A stretch of 51,045 bases of DNA. Source: Bacilli bacterium. GTDB lineage: Bacteria > Bacillota_I > Bacilli_A > RF39 > UBA660. The position numbers and the translations under genes are program-made. Of the stretch, positions 27,166-37,807 are shown piece by piece. The stretch is from NCBI GenBank assembly GCA_036667875.1, contig JAVWTD010000006.1:1-51045 (forward strand), given 5' to 3'. Numbering within the stretch: position 1 is the stretch's first letter; each line of letters begins with the position of its first letter. The notes under the pieces are model-generated. The model worked only from the letters and a program-made list of their open reading frames with translations, searched no databases and was not told the DNA's origin.

Positions 27166-29256
27166 ATGGAAAAAGAGCATTTATTACTATTGCTTAAAGA
27201 ATTAAAGAATCAATTAAGTTTTGATGATTTATCTAAATTTAATGAAGAAGAACGTACACAAGAAATAGATTCTTTATTTTTAGAGTTAGAAAGTTTAGAT
27301 AAAAAATTAGAAAAATTAAGAAGAAAATTAGAAGATGATTCTAATTATATTGACTTAGATACACAAAATACTAATAAACAAAATAGAAAAGAAATTGAAG
27401 TTCTAATAAGTAATGTAAATCTTGAAGAAAAAGCTAATAAAAACTATTTAGAAAAATATCAAAAAGAATTAGAATCTTTTAATTTTGAAATTGCAGAAAA
27501 AAACGATGAAATAGAAAACTTGAAATCGGAAAACTTGAAATTAGGAGAGACCCTACGATCATTAGACGAAAAAGAAATTATAAAGTTAAAGGAAATAAAT
27601 GAAAAACTAAAAATCAACAGAGAACGAGTTACAAAATTAAATTTAGAACTAGAACAAGACAATTTTAATCTTAAAAATGTAAATCAAAAATTAGAACAAT
27701 CAAAAAATAAAATTGATACAATAAAAAATGATATTGATAGTGCTAATAAACTGTTAGAAAAATTCGATGAAAATAATTCAAATGAAGTAATTGTTGATAA
27801 AGACAAAAAGGAAAAAGATAAAACAACATTGAAATACGGAGAAAATTTAAGAAAAGCTATTATTCAAAGAAAAGCGATATTGAAATATAATTTTAGTGAA
27901 GAACTAGATAAAATGATTAAAGGATTAGAAAATGATGAAATTGAACCAATAAAAATTGAACAAGAAATGGTTATATTTAGTAAAAGAATATTTGAAGATT
28001 TTCTAAATAGCGATTTTGAAAATAGACAAAATGAATTAGAAGAAAATTTAAGAGAACAAGAAACATCTGAAAGAGGTATAAAATATTTAAAAGAAAAGTT
28101 ATTAAATAAAGATAATTATTTATATTCTGCTTTTGTTTTAGAAAAAGAAAAAATCGAATCATCAAGATGGGATATTAAATTTAAAAACTGTGAATTAGAT
28201 TTAGAAAAAAATAAAGCACAAATTTTAGAAAACGAAAAAGATATCTTAGATAGAGAAAATAAATTAATGAGTTTAGAAAAAGAAATTTCTAATTATGAAA
28301 ATCAATTAGATGAATTAAATTCTAATTCTAATCCTAATTTAATTGTTTCAGTAGAAGATTGTATTAATGAAAATAAAACTAAAATAAGGTTTATTAATGA
28401 AGATTTAATAAATTTAAATATTGAAGCTAATAATAATTTAAAACAATCACAACATTTGAAGTCCATGAAGGAACGTTATGAAGCAGTAACAGAAAAAAGA
28501 AGAAACAATATTAAAAATAAAAACGGAATTGATAAATTTAGAATGTCAGTAGATGAAGAAGAACTTAGAAAAGAAGTTCAAACATTAAATATGTTAAAAA
28601 CACGTGAACAATTTCTAAAAACTTCTGTTTTAGAGGTATTGGATAAATTTAATAACCATTCTGACAATAAAAACATAGAGGAAAAAATTGAAAAAGATTC
28701 TAAACCTGAACAACTAGAAATAATATCTATAAAAAGACCATTAAAAGAAAGAATAAAAGAAAATATGAAAAAAATAGCAGCTACAGTCATATCTTCTCTT
28801 ATTATAGCTGCAATAGTACTTACTCCTTCAATTGATAAAGAAAAAGAAGAAGAAAATGTTACAAAAATAGTTTATGAACAACTAGACAAAGAAAACTTAG
28901 AAGAAGAAAACTTAGAAGAAGAGATACTAGAAATAAATGTTAATGATAAAATTATTGTAAATAATGATGCACCAATTTACAGTAATCAAATAGATGCTTC
29001 AACTAAAGAAAATCCATTAACACCTTATAATGATAAAGAACAAGAAAAGAATGTTATAGGAATAACATTAACTATGCCTGATGGAACATACAAATTTGCC
29101 CAAACAGAAAGTCAAATAAACTTTTTAAAGGAAAAAGGCGGAATAATATCTGCATACTTAACAGGTAATAATGATACGCCAGAAGGATACTGGAATTCAA
29201 AAGACGTAGTTAAAATTAATCAAAATGAAAAAGAAGATGGAGGTTTGAGTAGATGA
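27166..29256 (+). CDS. Hypothetical coiled-coil membrane protein with internal duplication and C-terminal globular domain
   Basis: SD AGGAGGT; about 500 aa E/K/N-rich heptad region; single TM at residues about 537-554; small C-terminal domain. Confidence 0.85.
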   Translation: MEKEHLLLLLKELKNQLSFDDLSKFNEEERTQEIDSLFLELESLDKKLEKLRRKLEDDSNYIDLDTQNTNKQNRKEIEVLISNVNLEEKANKNYLEKYQKELESFNFEIAEKNDEIENLKSENLKLGETLRSLDEKEIIKLKEINEKLKINRERVTKLNLELEQDNFNLKNVNQKLEQSKNKIDTIKNDIDSANKLLEKFDENNSNEVIVDKDKKEKDKTTLKYGENLRKAIIQRKAILKYNFSEELDKMIKGLENDEIEPIKIEQEMVIFSKRIFEDFLNSDFENRQNELEENLREQETSERGIKYLKEKLLNKDNYLYSAFVLEKEKIESSRWDIKFKNCELDLEKNKAQILENEKDILDRENKLMSLEKEISNYENQLDELNSNSNPNLIVSVEDCINENKTKIRFINEDLINLNIEANNNLKQSQHLKSMKERYEAVTEKRRNNIKNKNGIDKFRMSVDEEELRKEVQTLNMLKTREQFLKTSVLEVLDKFNNHSDNKNIEEKIEKDSKPEQLEIISIKRPLKERIKENMKKIAATVISSLIIAAIVLTPSIDKEKEEENVTKIVYEQLDKENLEEENLEEEILEINVNDKIIVNNDAPIYSNQIDASTKENPLTPYNDKEQEKNVIGITLTMPDGTYKFAQTESQINFLKEKGGIISAYLTGNNDTPEGYWNSKDVVKINQNEKEDGGLSR
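28891..28920 (+). repeat. Perfect 15-bp tandem duplication (ENLEE x2)
   Basis: GAAAACTTAGAAGAA twice, in frame, in the acidic linker after the TM. Confidence 0.85.
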
Positions 29257-29516
29257 ATTTTTTACAAAAACTAGATATAATTAATCTTTCAGATGGTAAT
29301 TCATATACTGTAGCAGAAATGACAAACGAAAAAAACATCGATTATTTGATGCTTGTTCAGAATGATGAAAATGGAAATTTAACTGAAAAGTATAAATTTG
29401 CAAAAATTATAGTAATGCCAACAAGAAAATACGGTATTGAAACAATAGAAAATAAAGAAGAGAAAAATAAACTAGCACAAACATTTCTTCCATTATTTAA
29501 AGAAGATTATCAATAA
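29253..29516 (+). CDS. Small hypothetical protein, DUF1292-like
   Basis: ATGA overlap with the upstream gene, SD GGAGGT; I.LSDG..Y.V..YLML..IE..EE..L..F pattern. Confidence 0.55.
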   Translation: MNFLQKLDIINLSDGNSYTVAEMTNEKNIDYLMLVQNDENGNLTEKYKFAKIIVMPTRKYGIETIENKEEKNKLAQTFLPLFKEDYQ

Positions 29517-29551
29517 AAAGATATATCCTATATTTTAGGATATATCTTTTA
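29515..29551. terminator. Bidirectional terminator
   Basis: Perfect 15-bp inverted repeat AAAAGATATATCCTA / TAGGATATATCTTTT between convergent genes. Confidence 0.8.
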
Positions 29552-30526
29552 TTCTTTTTTAATTAAAAATCTTTTAATTTCTTCAGGATTTTCCTGATTA
29601 AAAACTATATCATAAATTAAATCTATGATAGGTATATCAACTTTTTTATTTTTTATAAGTTTATGGATTGATTTTAATGTATATAAACCTTCAATAGTAG
29701 TTTCTTTTACAAATTTATCAATTTCCGCTTGTGATTTTTTTTCTCCTATAAGATGTCCGTATCTAAAGTTTCTGCTTTTAGTACTTGTACAAGTTAAAAG
29801 TAAATCACCGAACCCAGCAAAAGATAATATTGTTTTTCCATCTCCACCTAAGGCTTTAATTAAAACCTTTATATCATGAAGAGATTCAGTTATAAACATT
29901 GCTTGTGTTGATTCTGGCAAACCCATTCCATCTAAAATTCCTGAAGCAATTGCAATAACATTTTTTATAGAACCACAAATTTCGGTACCAATAATATCAT
30001 CTGTTTCTCTTAATTTTAAAGTTTTATTTTGTAAACCTTTTTTTACAAGTTTTATTGTCTTTTTACACTTACTTGCAATAGTCAAACCAATTGGAACATA
30101 TTTTGCTATATCAACTGCAAAAGAAGGTCCTGATATAACAGCCACTTTCTTGTTTTTAATATATTTTCGTACAACATCATCTACAAATAAACATGTATCC
30201 TGTTCAATACCTTTACTTGCAATGCAAATATGCTGTTCTTTCGTTATAAAATTTTTAAGTTTTACTGCCACTTCATCAACAAAACCTGCTGGAATAGCAA
30301 TTACAATGAGATCACTTCCCATCATGCTTTGTTCAAGATTACTAGTTATTTTTATATTTTCTGGAATTTTAACTCCAGGGAGTACTCTTTTATTTTCTCT
30401 TGTTTTTAATAATTCTTTTACTGTGTCATCAAATCTTTCCCATATTGTTATATCACATTTATTTTCGTTAAACATTAAAGATAATGCAATACCATACGCT
30501 CCAGACCCTAAAATGGTTACTTTCAT
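29549..30526 (-). CDS. gpsA: NAD(P)H-dependent glycerol-3-phosphate dehydrogenase
   Basis: GSGAYG, SKGIE, SGPSFA, KNVIAIASG, GDLLLTC..SRN. Confidence 0.95.
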   Translation of the reverse strand: MKVTILGSGAYGIALSLMFNENKCDITIWERFDDTVKELLKTRENKRVLPGVKIPENIKITSNLEQSMMGSDLIVIAIPAGFVDEVAVKLKNFITKEQHICIASKGIEQDTCLFVDDVVRKYIKNKKVAVISGPSFAVDIAKYVPIGLTIASKCKKTIKLVKKGLQNKTLKLRETDDIIGTEICGSIKNVIAIASGILDGMGLPESTQAMFITESLHDIKVLIKALGGDGKTILSFAGFGDLLLTCTSTKSRNFRYGHLIGEKKSQAEIDKFVKETTIEGLYTLKSIHKLIKNKKVDIPIIDLIYDIVFNQENPEEIKRFLIKKE

Positions 30527-30666
30527 ATAATCCTCTTTTCTAAATATTACATTATAATTTTACCACAAAAGAAATGAAAATAAAATATGCATATCTTCTT
30601 AAACTACGAACTCCCACAATTAATCAAATAAATTTTCGTTTTTTTTATTTAATTTTTAAAAAACTA

Positions 30667-30695
30667 TTGCATTTTAAAATGTTTTCTAGTATAAT
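30667..30695 (+). promoter_or_regulatory. sigma-A promoter of the S10 cluster
   Basis: TTGCAT, 17 bp, TATAAT. Confidence 0.75.
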
Positions 30696-30702
30696 TTTGT
30701 TT

Positions 30703-30828
30703 GTGTGGCATGCGTAGATGTGTAAGGTTGCCGAAACGCCAGGTTAAGTTGTACAAGAAACTAAATCTAAATTCGGGTTTTTACATGGAGCAAGTTTATA
30801 CTGGATATAAACGAAAGGAGGATATAAT
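30703..30828 (+). promoter_or_regulatory. rpsJ (S10) leader RNA, Firmicutes type
   Basis: GC-enriched UTR with AGGTTGCCGAAAC, CATGGAG and a GTTTATA/TATAAAC hairpin before the SD, resembling Firmicutes rpsJ leaders. Confidence 0.6.
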
Positions 30829-31137
30829 ATGTCTAAAACAAAAGTTCGCATCAAATTAAAAGCATTTGAACATAAAAGTTTAGATAATGCATGTGCAAAA
30901 ATTGTTGAAACAGTTAAAAGAACAGGTGGAGAAGTAAGCGGTCCTGTACCATTACCAACTGAAATTGAAAAAATTACTATTCTAAGAGCTGTTCATAAAT
31001 ACAAAGATTCACGTGAACAATTTGAAAAAAGAACACATAAAAGACTTATTGATATCACAAACCCAAGTAAGGAAACAATAGATGCTTTAACTCATCTAGA
31101 AATTCCAAGTGGTGTGGATATTCAAATCAAATACTAA
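30829..31137 (+). CDS. rpsJ: 30S ribosomal protein S10
   Basis: [30 protein letters not shown]. Confidence 0.98.
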   Translation: MSKTKVRIKLKAFEHKSLDNACAKIVETVKRTGGEVSGPVPLPTEIEKITILRAVHKYKDSREQFEKRTHKRLIDITNPSKETIDALTHLEIPSGVDIQIKY

Positions 31138-31152
31138 TTAGGAGGAAATAAT

Positions 31153-31884
31153 ATGGTAAAAGGAATCTTAGGTCGTAAAATTGGAATGACTCAAGTTTTT
31201 ACTAAATCTGGAAAATTAGTTCCTGTTACTGTTGTTGAAGTTGGTACTAACGTTGTAACACAAGTTAAGACAATTGAAAATGATGGTTATGAAGCTATTC
31301 AATTAGGATTTAGTGACAAAAAAGAAAAAGCAGCTACTAAAGCTTCTATTGGACATACTAATAAAGCTAATACTGCACCTAAGCGCTTCTTTAAAGAAAT
31401 CAGAGGAGTAGACGTTTCTAGTTATTTACTAGGACAAGAAATACAAGCTGATATTTTCGAAGCCGGAGAAATGATTGATGTTACAGGAATTACTAAAGGT
31501 AAAGGATTCCAAGGTGTAATCAAACGTCATGGACAAAGTCGTGGACCTATGGGTCACGGATCACATTATCATAGACGCCCAGGTTCAATGGGAACTATGA
31601 GACCAATGCGTGTTTTTAAAGGGAAAAAGTTACCAGGTCATATGGGTACTTTAACTGTTACAATTCAAAACTTAGAAGTTGTAGCTACTGATTTAGAAAA
31701 TGGAATTATCTTAATAAAAGGTAATGTACCAGGACCTAAAAAATCATTAGTTATGATTAGAACAGCAGTAAAAAATTGTGGAAAAGTAAATGCAGTAGAA
31801 GAATTAATTTCTTATGAAACTGTTGTAGCTCCTATAGAAACACCAAAAGTTGAAACTACTGAAACAGTAGTAGAAAACAATTAA
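31153..31884 (+). CDS. rplC: 50S ribosomal protein L3 (C-terminal extension)
   Basis: [23 protein letters not shown]. Confidence 0.98.
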   Translation: MVKGILGRKIGMTQVFTKSGKLVPVTVVEVGTNVVTQVKTIENDGYEAIQLGFSDKKEKAATKASIGHTNKANTAPKRFFKEIRGVDVSSYLLGQEIQADIFEAGEMIDVTGITKGKGFQGVIKRHGQSRGPMGHGSHYHRRPGSMGTMRPMRVFKGKKLPGHMGTLTVTIQNLEVVATDLENGIILIKGNVPGPKKSLVMIRTAVKNCGKVNAVEELISYETVVAPIETPKVETTETVVENN

Positions 31885-31898
31885 GGAGGATAACTTAA

Positions 31899-32522
31899 AT
31901 GAATAAATTATCTGTATTAAATTTAAAAGGTGAAAAAGTAGGAAATATTACTTTAAACGATACAGTTTGGGGAATTGAACCAAACGATGCTGTTTTATAT
32001 GATGCATTAACATTAGCACGCAATAATGTAAGACAAGGAACTTCAGACACTAAAACTCGTAGTGAAGTTAGTGGAGGGGGAAGAAAACCTTGGAAGCAAA
32101 AAGGAACTGGACGTGCACGTCAAGGAAGTACAAGATCACCACAATGGATTAAAGGTGGAATTGTATTTGGACCACATCCAAGAAGTTTTGCTAAAAAAAT
32201 GAATAGAAAAGAAAGAAGACTTGCTCTTAAATCTGCTCTATCATATAAAGTTATTGAAAGTGAAATGATTGTAATTGATAATTTCAATCTTGAAACTTCA
32301 AAAACAAAAGAAGCATTAAATGTTTTGAAAAACTTAAATGCTACTAAAAAAATATTAATAGTTGTAGAAGAATTAACTGATGAAGTTATTTTAGCTACAA
32401 GAAATATAAAAGAAGTTGTATTATTAGAAGCAAACGAAATCAATACTTATGATATAGTTGCAGCAGATAATATGATTATTACTGAAAAAGCTGTTAAAGC
32501 TATTGAGGAGGTGCTTGTTTAA
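31899..32522 (+). CDS. rplD: 50S ribosomal protein L4
   Basis: [23 protein letters not shown]. Confidence 0.98.
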   Translation: MNKLSVLNLKGEKVGNITLNDTVWGIEPNDAVLYDALTLARNNVRQGTSDTKTRSEVSGGGRKPWKQKGTGRARQGSTRSPQWIKGGIVFGPHPRSFAKKMNRKERRLALKSALSYKVIESEMIVIDNFNLETSKTKEALNVLKNLNATKKILIVVEELTDEVILATRNIKEVVLLEANEINTYDIVAADNMIITEKAVKAIEEVLV

Positions 32523-32800
32523 TGGATAATTTTAGAGATGTTATAAAAGCACCAATCATTACTGAGAAAACTGCTGATTTAAAAGAAAAAAATAATACAG
32601 TAACTCTTAGTGTTGATGTGAAAGCTAACAAAACTCAAATCAAACAAGCTGTAGAAGCTATTTTCGATGTTAAAGTTGAAAATGTAAACACAATAAACGT
32701 AAAACCTAAGAAAAAAAGAGTTGGACGTTACGTTGGAAAAACAAAAAAAATAAAAAAAGCAATAGTTAAATTACAAGAAGGAAGTTCAATTGAACTATAA
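32522..32800 (+). CDS. rplW: 50S ribosomal protein L23
   Basis: [18 protein letters not shown]. Confidence 0.97.
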   Translation: MDNFRDVIKAPIITEKTADLKEKNNTVTLSVDVKANKTQIKQAVEAIFDVKVENVNTINVKPKKKRVGRYVGKTKKIKKAIVKLQEGSSIEL

Positions 32801-32821
32801 CAATTGTTAGGAGGATAAATC

Positions 32822-33652
32822 ATGGCAATAAAAATATATAAGCCAATGACTAATGGTCAACGTGGGATGTCTACTTTAGTTAATTCTGAAATTACTAAAA
32901 GTACTCCTGAAAAATCATTAGTTGTATCAATAAAAAAGAATGGTGGACGTAATAATCAAGGTAGAATTACTGTTAGACACCGTGGTGGTGGAGAAAAAAG
33001 AAAATATCGTATTATTGATTTCAAAAGAATCAGAGATGGTATTCCTGCTACAGTAACTGCTATTGAATATGATCCAAATAGAACTGCTAACATTGCTTTA
33101 ATTAATTATGTAGATGGTGTAAAAAATTACATTATCGCTCCAAAAGGTTTAAAAGTTGGAGATAAAATTGAAAGTGGAGAAAGCGCAGATATCAAAGTTG
33201 GTAACTGTCTACCATTAGCAAATATTCCTGAAGGTACAACAGTTCATAATATTGAATTAAAAGCTGGAAAAGGAGCTCAAATGGCTCGTTCAGCTGGATC
33301 TAGTGTTCAAATACTAGGACGTGAAGGAAGACATACTTTACTTCGTTTAGCAAGTGGAGAAGTAAGAAAAGTATTAAGTACTTGTAGAGCGACTATCGGA
33401 GAAGTAGGAAATGCTGATCACGAATTAGTTAAACTTGGAAAAGCTGGTCGTAAAAGACATATGGGTATTAGACCTACAGTTCGTGGTTCTGTTATGAACC
33501 CTAATGATCACCCACACGGTGGTGGTGAAGGTCGTGCTCCAATAGGACGCAAAGGACCTGTTACTCCATGGGGTAAACCTGCACTTGGTGCTAAAACTCG
33601 TAAAAAAAGTAATGCTTCAGACAAGTTAATTGTCCGTCGTCGTAAAAAATAG
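32822..33652 (+). CDS. rplB: 50S ribosomal protein L2
   Basis: [28 protein letters not shown]. Confidence 0.98.
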   Translation: MAIKIYKPMTNGQRGMSTLVNSEITKSTPEKSLVVSIKKNGGRNNQGRITVRHRGGGEKRKYRIIDFKRIRDGIPATVTAIEYDPNRTANIALINYVDGVKNYIIAPKGLKVGDKIESGESADIKVGNCLPLANIPEGTTVHNIELKAGKGAQMARSAGSSVQILGREGRHTLLRLASGEVRKVLSTCRATIGEVGNADHELVKLGKAGRKRHMGIRPTVRGSVMNPNDHPHGGGEGRAPIGRKGPVTPWGKPALGAKTRKKSNASDKLIVRRRKK

Positions 33653-33671
33653 TTGAAAGGATGATATTCAA

Positions 33672-33944
33672 ATGGCAAGAAGTTTAAAAAAAGGACCTTT
33701 TATAGATGAACATTTAGCTGCAAAAGTAGAAAAAGTTGTTTCATCAACAAAAAAAGAAGTCATTAAAACATGGTCTCGTCGTTCAACAATTTATCCTAAC
33801 TTTATTGGACTTACATTTGCTGTTCATAACGGAAAAGATTTTATTCCAGTTTATGTAACAGAAGATATGGTTGGACATAAATTAGGTGAATTCGTTCCAA
33901 CTCGTAAATTCGGTGGACATGGCGATGACAAGAATAAAAAATAG
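33672..33944 (+). CDS. rpsS: 30S ribosomal protein S19
   Basis: [21 protein letters not shown]. Confidence 0.98.
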   Translation: MARSLKKGPFIDEHLAAKVEKVVSSTKKEVIKTWSRRSTIYPNFIGLTFAVHNGKDFIPVYVTEDMVGHKLGEFVPTRKFGGHGDDKNKK

Positions 33945-33969
33945 TTAGTTACCAGGGAGGAGGGCTAAA

Positions 33970-34305
33970 ATGGAAGCAAGAGCAATTGCAAAAACAGTTA
34001 GAATTTCGCCTCGTAAAGCACGTTTAGTAGCAGATTTAATCCGCAATAAAAGTGTAATCGAAGCAGATATAATATTAGCAAACCTAAACAAAGAAGCTGC
34101 TAGAATAACTAGCAAAGTGTTAACATCTGCAGTAGCTAACGCAGAAAACAATTTAGGTTTAGATAAAAACAACTTATTCGTAAAAGAAATTTACGTTAAT
34201 GAGGGAGCAACTATGAAACGTGCTAGAATGGGTTCTCGTGGACACGTAGATCCAATTAAAAAAAGAACTAGTCATGTTACAGTTGTAGTAAGCGAAAAAA
34301 ATTAA
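33970..34305 (+). CDS. rplV: 50S ribosomal protein L22
   Basis: [24 protein letters not shown]. Confidence 0.98.
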   Translation: MEARAIAKTVRISPRKARLVADLIRNKSVIEADIILANLNKEAARITSKVLTSAVANAENNLGLDKNNLFVKEIYVNEGATMKRARMGSRGHVDPIKKRTSHVTVVVSEKN

Positions 34306-34322
34306 GCAAAGGAGGTAAACTG

Positions 34323-35003
34323 ATGGGTCAAAAAGTTAGTCCAGTAGGACTTAGAATCGGAATTAATAAAGATTGGGAATCTAAATGGTATGCAGGAAAC
34401 AAAGACTTTTCTAAATACTTAATTAACGATGTAAAGATTCGTAGATTTTTAGAAAAAAAATTAAAAGACGCAGCAGTTTCAAGTATTCTTATTGAAAGAA
34501 ACACTGAAAAAACAAACGTAATTATTAACACTGCTAAACCAGGTGTAGTTATGGGACACAGTGGAAGTGAAATTGACAAATTAACTAAAGAATTAGTAAA
34601 ACTAATAAAAGAAAATATTCAAATTTCTATAATGGAAGTTAAAAATCCTGATATCAATGCAGCACTTGTTGCAGAAAATATTGCTCATCAAATAGAAAAT
34701 CGTGTTTCATTTAGAATTGCTCAAAAAAGAGCAATCAGAAATGCTATGAAAGCTGGAGCAAAAGGTATCAAGACTGCAGTTTCAGGACGTTTAGGCGGAG
34801 CTGAAATGGCAAGAACTGAAGGGTATTCAGAAGGTAATACCCCATTACATACATTAAGAGCTGATATTGATTATTCTCATAAAGAAGCTAATACTTCTTA
34901 TGGTAAAATTGGTGTTAAAGTATGGATTTATAAAGGTGTAATTCTTCCTGAAAAGAAAAACAAGGGAGGTAATATCGATGGCAGTAATTCCAAAAAGAAC
35001 TAA
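34323..35003 (+). CDS. rpsC: 30S ribosomal protein S3
   Basis: [31 protein letters not shown]. Confidence 0.98.
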   Translation: MGQKVSPVGLRIGINKDWESKWYAGNKDFSKYLINDVKIRRFLEKKLKDAAVSSILIERNTEKTNVIINTAKPGVVMGHSGSEIDKLTKELVKLIKENIQISIMEVKNPDINAALVAENIAHQIENRVSFRIAQKRAIRNAMKAGAKGIKTAVSGRLGGAEMARTEGYSEGNTPLHTLRADIDYSHKEANTSYGKIGVKVWIYKGVILPEKKNKGGNIDGSNSKKN

Positions 35004-35406
35004 ATACCGTCGTCCACACCGTTTAGTTTATGATGGAGTTTCAAAAGGTAATACTGAATTACATTTTGGTACATACGGATTAATGGCTATGGAAGGTGCA
35101 TGGATTACTCAAAATCAAATAGAGTCTGCACGTGTTGCTATGACTCGTTATATGAAACGTGGTGGAAAAGTTTGGATTAATATTTTCCCACATTTATCAT
35201 TAACTAAAATTCCTTTAGAAACTCGTATGGGTAAAGGAAAAGGACAACCAGAAAAATGGGTTGCCGTAGTTAAAAAAGGCAAAATTATGTTTGAAATTGA
35301 TGGTGTTGATGAAGCAACTGCACGTGAGTCATTACGTTTAGCAATGCACAAATTACCAATCAAATGTAAATTTGTAAAAAAAGAAAGTGGTGAAGCTTGT
35401 GAATAA
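34978..35406 (+). CDS. rplP: 50S ribosomal protein L16
   Basis: PKRTKYR, QIESAR, RMGKGKG, KLP. Confidence 0.98.
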   Translation: MAVIPKRTKYRRPHRLVYDGVSKGNTELHFGTYGLMAMEGAWITQNQIESARVAMTRYMKRGGKVWINIFPHLSLTKIPLETRMGKGKGQPEKWVAVVKKGKIMFEIDGVDEATARESLRLAMHKLPIKCKFVKKESGEACE

Positions 35407-35593
35407 TAAAGAAATAAGAGATTTAACAAACGAAGAAATCACTAAAAAAATTGCAGAATACAAAGAAGAATTATTTAATTTACATTTTAGCCAAAAAACA
35501 GGAAATCTAGAGAATCCTGCTCGTATTAGAGAATTAAGAAAACTAGTTGCTCGTATGAAAACAATTTTACATGAAAGAGAATTAAATAACTAG
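35399..35593 (+). CDS. rpmC: 50S ribosomal protein L29 (probable GTG start)
   Basis: ELFNL, LENP.RI, ARMKT. Confidence 0.95.
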   Translation: MNNKEIRDLTNEEITKKIAEYKEELFNLHFSQKTGNLENPARIRELRKLVARMKTILHERELNN

Positions 35594-35603
35594 GAGGAAT
35601 AAT

Positions 35604-35858
35604 ATGGAAAGAAAACAAGAATTCGTAGGAAAAGTTGTAAGCTGTACTAATGATAAAACTATTACTGTTTTAGTTGAAACTCATAAAAAAGATAGCTTAT
35701 ATGGTAAACGTATTAAATATTCAAAAAAATATGCTGCTCATGATGAAAAGAACATCGCTAAAGTAGGAGATAAAGTGCGTATAGTTGAAACTAGACCATT
35801 ATCAAAATCAAAACATTTCCGTTTAGTAGAAGTTATAGAAGAAGCAATAATATTATAA
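35604..35858 (+). CDS. rpsQ: 30S ribosomal protein S17
   Basis: [24 protein letters not shown]. Confidence 0.97.
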   Translation: MERKQEFVGKVVSCTNDKTITVLVETHKKDSLYGKRIKYSKKYAAHDEKNIAKVGDKVRIVETRPLSKSKHFRLVEVIEEAIIL

Positions 35859-35895
35859 TTGCAAGCTTAAAAAAGCTGATAAGGAGGATTAATAT

Positions 35896-36264
35896 ATGAT
35901 TCAACAAGAAAGCCGTTTAAAAGTAGCAGATAATTCAGGTGCTCGTGATCTTTTGGTTATAAGAGTACTTGGAGGAAGTAAAGTAAAAACTGGTAATATT
36001 GGTGATATAGTTGTTGGAACTATTAAGAAAGCAACTCCTAATGGTACTGTAGGTAAAGGAAAAGTTGTTAAAGCTGTAATAGTAAGAAGCAAATTTGGTC
36101 TAAGAAGAGAAGATGGATCTTATATTAAGTTTGATGATAATGCTTGCGTTATTATTAAAGATGATAAGAGTCCAGTTGGAACTCGTATATTTGGACCAAT
36201 CGCACGTGAATTACGTGAAAAAGATTTTATGAAAATTATATCACTTGCTAAAGAAGTGTTATAG
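35896..36264 (+). CDS. rplN: 50S ribosomal protein L14
   Basis: [23 protein letters not shown]. Confidence 0.98.
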   Translation: MIQQESRLKVADNSGARDLLVIRVLGGSKVKTGNIGDIVVGTIKKATPNGTVGKGKVVKAVIVRSKFGLRREDGSYIKFDDNACVIIKDDKSPVGTRIFGPIARELREKDFMKIISLAKEVL

Positions 36265-36279
36265 TTGGGAGGTAAGTTT

Positions 36280-36588
36280 ATGAACTTTAAAACTGGAGAT
36301 AAAGTAGTTGTAATTTCTGGAAAGAACAAAGGTTCTGAAGGTAAAATTACTAAAATTCTTCATGACGAAAATAAAATTGTTATTGAAGGTATTAACGTTG
36401 TTAAAAAACACGTTAAAGGAAACGGACAAACTGCAGGAAGTATCACAGAAATGGAAGCCCCAATTAATGCTTCTAATGCTATGATAGTAGACCCAAAAAC
36501 AGGGAAACCTAGCAGAATTGGACACACAACAGATAAGAACGGTAAGAAAGTTAGAGTTTCAAAAAAATCTAACTCTACTATCGATTAA
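36280..36588 (+). CDS. rplX: 50S ribosomal protein L24
   Basis: [30 protein letters not shown]. Confidence 0.97.
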   Translation: MNFKTGDKVVVISGKNKGSEGKITKILHDENKIVIEGINVVKKHVKGNGQTAGSITEMEAPINASNAMIVDPKTGKPSRIGHTTDKNGKKVRVSKKSNSTID

Positions 36589-36605
36589 TTGGAAGGAGGG
36601 AAATT

Positions 36606-37145
36606 ATGAACCGCCTAAAAGAAAAATATAATAATGAAATAGTATCTAATTTAAGAACTAAATATAATTACGCAAGTGTTATGGAAGTGCCTAAACTAGA
36701 TAAAATAGTAATTAATATGGGTGTTGGTGATGCAACCACTAATAGTAAATTATTAGATGCTGCTATGAAAGATTTAGAAATTATTACAGGACAAAAACCA
36801 GTAGCAACTAAATCTAAAAAAGCTATTGCAGGCTTCAAAGTTAGAGAAGGACAAGCAATAGGTTGTAAGGTAACATTACGTGGTGAAAACATGTATAATT
36901 TCTTAGATAAATTAATTAGTATCACATTACCTCGTGTAAGAGACTTCCGCGGTATATCAAATAAAGCATTTGATGGTAGAGGAAACTATACATTAGGATT
37001 AACTGAACAATTAATTTTCTCAGAAATAGAATATGATAATGTTGTTAAAGTACGTGGTATGGATATCGTTATGGTAACAACTGCTAAAACAAATGAAGAA
37101 GCGTACGATCTTTTAAAAGGTTTTGGTATGCCATTTAAAAAATAA
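36606..37145 (+). CDS. rplE: 50S ribosomal protein L5
   Basis: [29 protein letters not shown]. Confidence 0.98.
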   Translation: MNRLKEKYNNEIVSNLRTKYNYASVMEVPKLDKIVINMGVGDATTNSKLLDAAMKDLEIITGQKPVATKSKKAIAGFKVREGQAIGCKVTLRGENMYNFLDKLISITLPRVRDFRGISNKAFDGRGNYTLGLTEQLIFSEIEYDNVVKVRGMDIVMVTTAKTNEEAYDLLKGFGMPFKK

Positions 37146-37176
37146 TATTTAGTAAATAATTATAGGAGGAAATATT

Positions 37177-37362
37177 ATGGCTAAAAAAAGTATGATAGCA
37201 AAAGCTAATCGTAAACCAAAGTTTAAAGTACGTGAATATACTCGTTGTCAAAGATGTGGTAGACCACATTCAGTACTTAAAAAATATGGAATTTGCCGTA
37301 TTTGTTTTAGAGAATTAGCTTATAAAGGACAAATACCAGGTGTTAGAAAATCTAGCTGGTAA
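37177..37362 (+). CDS. rpsN: 30S ribosomal protein S14, type Z (zinc ribbon)
   Basis: [16 protein letters not shown]. Confidence 0.98.
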   Translation: MAKKSMIAKANRKPKFKVREYTRCQRCGRPHSVLKKYGICRICFRELAYKGQIPGVRKSSW

Positions 37363-37381
37363 TTGAAGGGAGGACAAATTT

Positions 37382-37780
37382 ATGGTAGTAACTGACCCAA
37401 TCGCAGATATGCTTACAAGAATTCGTAACGCTAATCAAATGCGATATAAAGAAGTTGAAGTGCCTGCTTCAAAAATGAAGTTAGAAATCGCTAAAATCCT
37501 TAAAGAAGAAGGATTTATAGTTGACTTCAAAATAAAGAAAAACAATGTTCAAGATTTTATCATCTTATTCTTAAAATATGGTGAAAAAAAAGAACGTGTT
37601 ATTACAGGTTTGAAAAGAATTTCAAAACCAGGTTTACGTGTTTATGCACAAGCTGAAGAAGTTCCAACTGTACTTAATGGATTAGGAATTGCGATTTTGT
37701 CAACATCAAAAGGTGTTATGACAGGAAAAGATGCAAAAAAACAATCGTTAGGTGGAGAAGTTCTTGCTTATGTATGGTAA
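37382..37780 (+). CDS. rpsH: 30S ribosomal protein S8
   Basis: [25 protein letters not shown]. Confidence 0.98.
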   Translation: MVVTDPIADMLTRIRNANQMRYKEVEVPASKMKLEIAKILKEEGFIVDFKIKKNNVQDFIILFLKYGEKKERVITGLKRISKPGLRVYAQAEEVPTVLNGLGIAILSTSKGVMTGKDAKKQSLGGEVLAYVW

Positions 37781-37807
37781 TAAGTAGAAGCATATAGGAG
37801 GATTAAT

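Noticed and set aside
29236-29256. C-terminal GGLSR as a sorting or modification signal
   Set aside because: The Gly-Gly codons are the GGAGGT Shine-Dalgarno of the overlapping downstream gene.
31004-31022. Additional parS-like CACGTG sites (also near 28600, 36203 and 43040)
   Set aside because: Only the central hexamer matches. The TGTT/AACA arms are missing or misplaced, and all lie in coding sequence.
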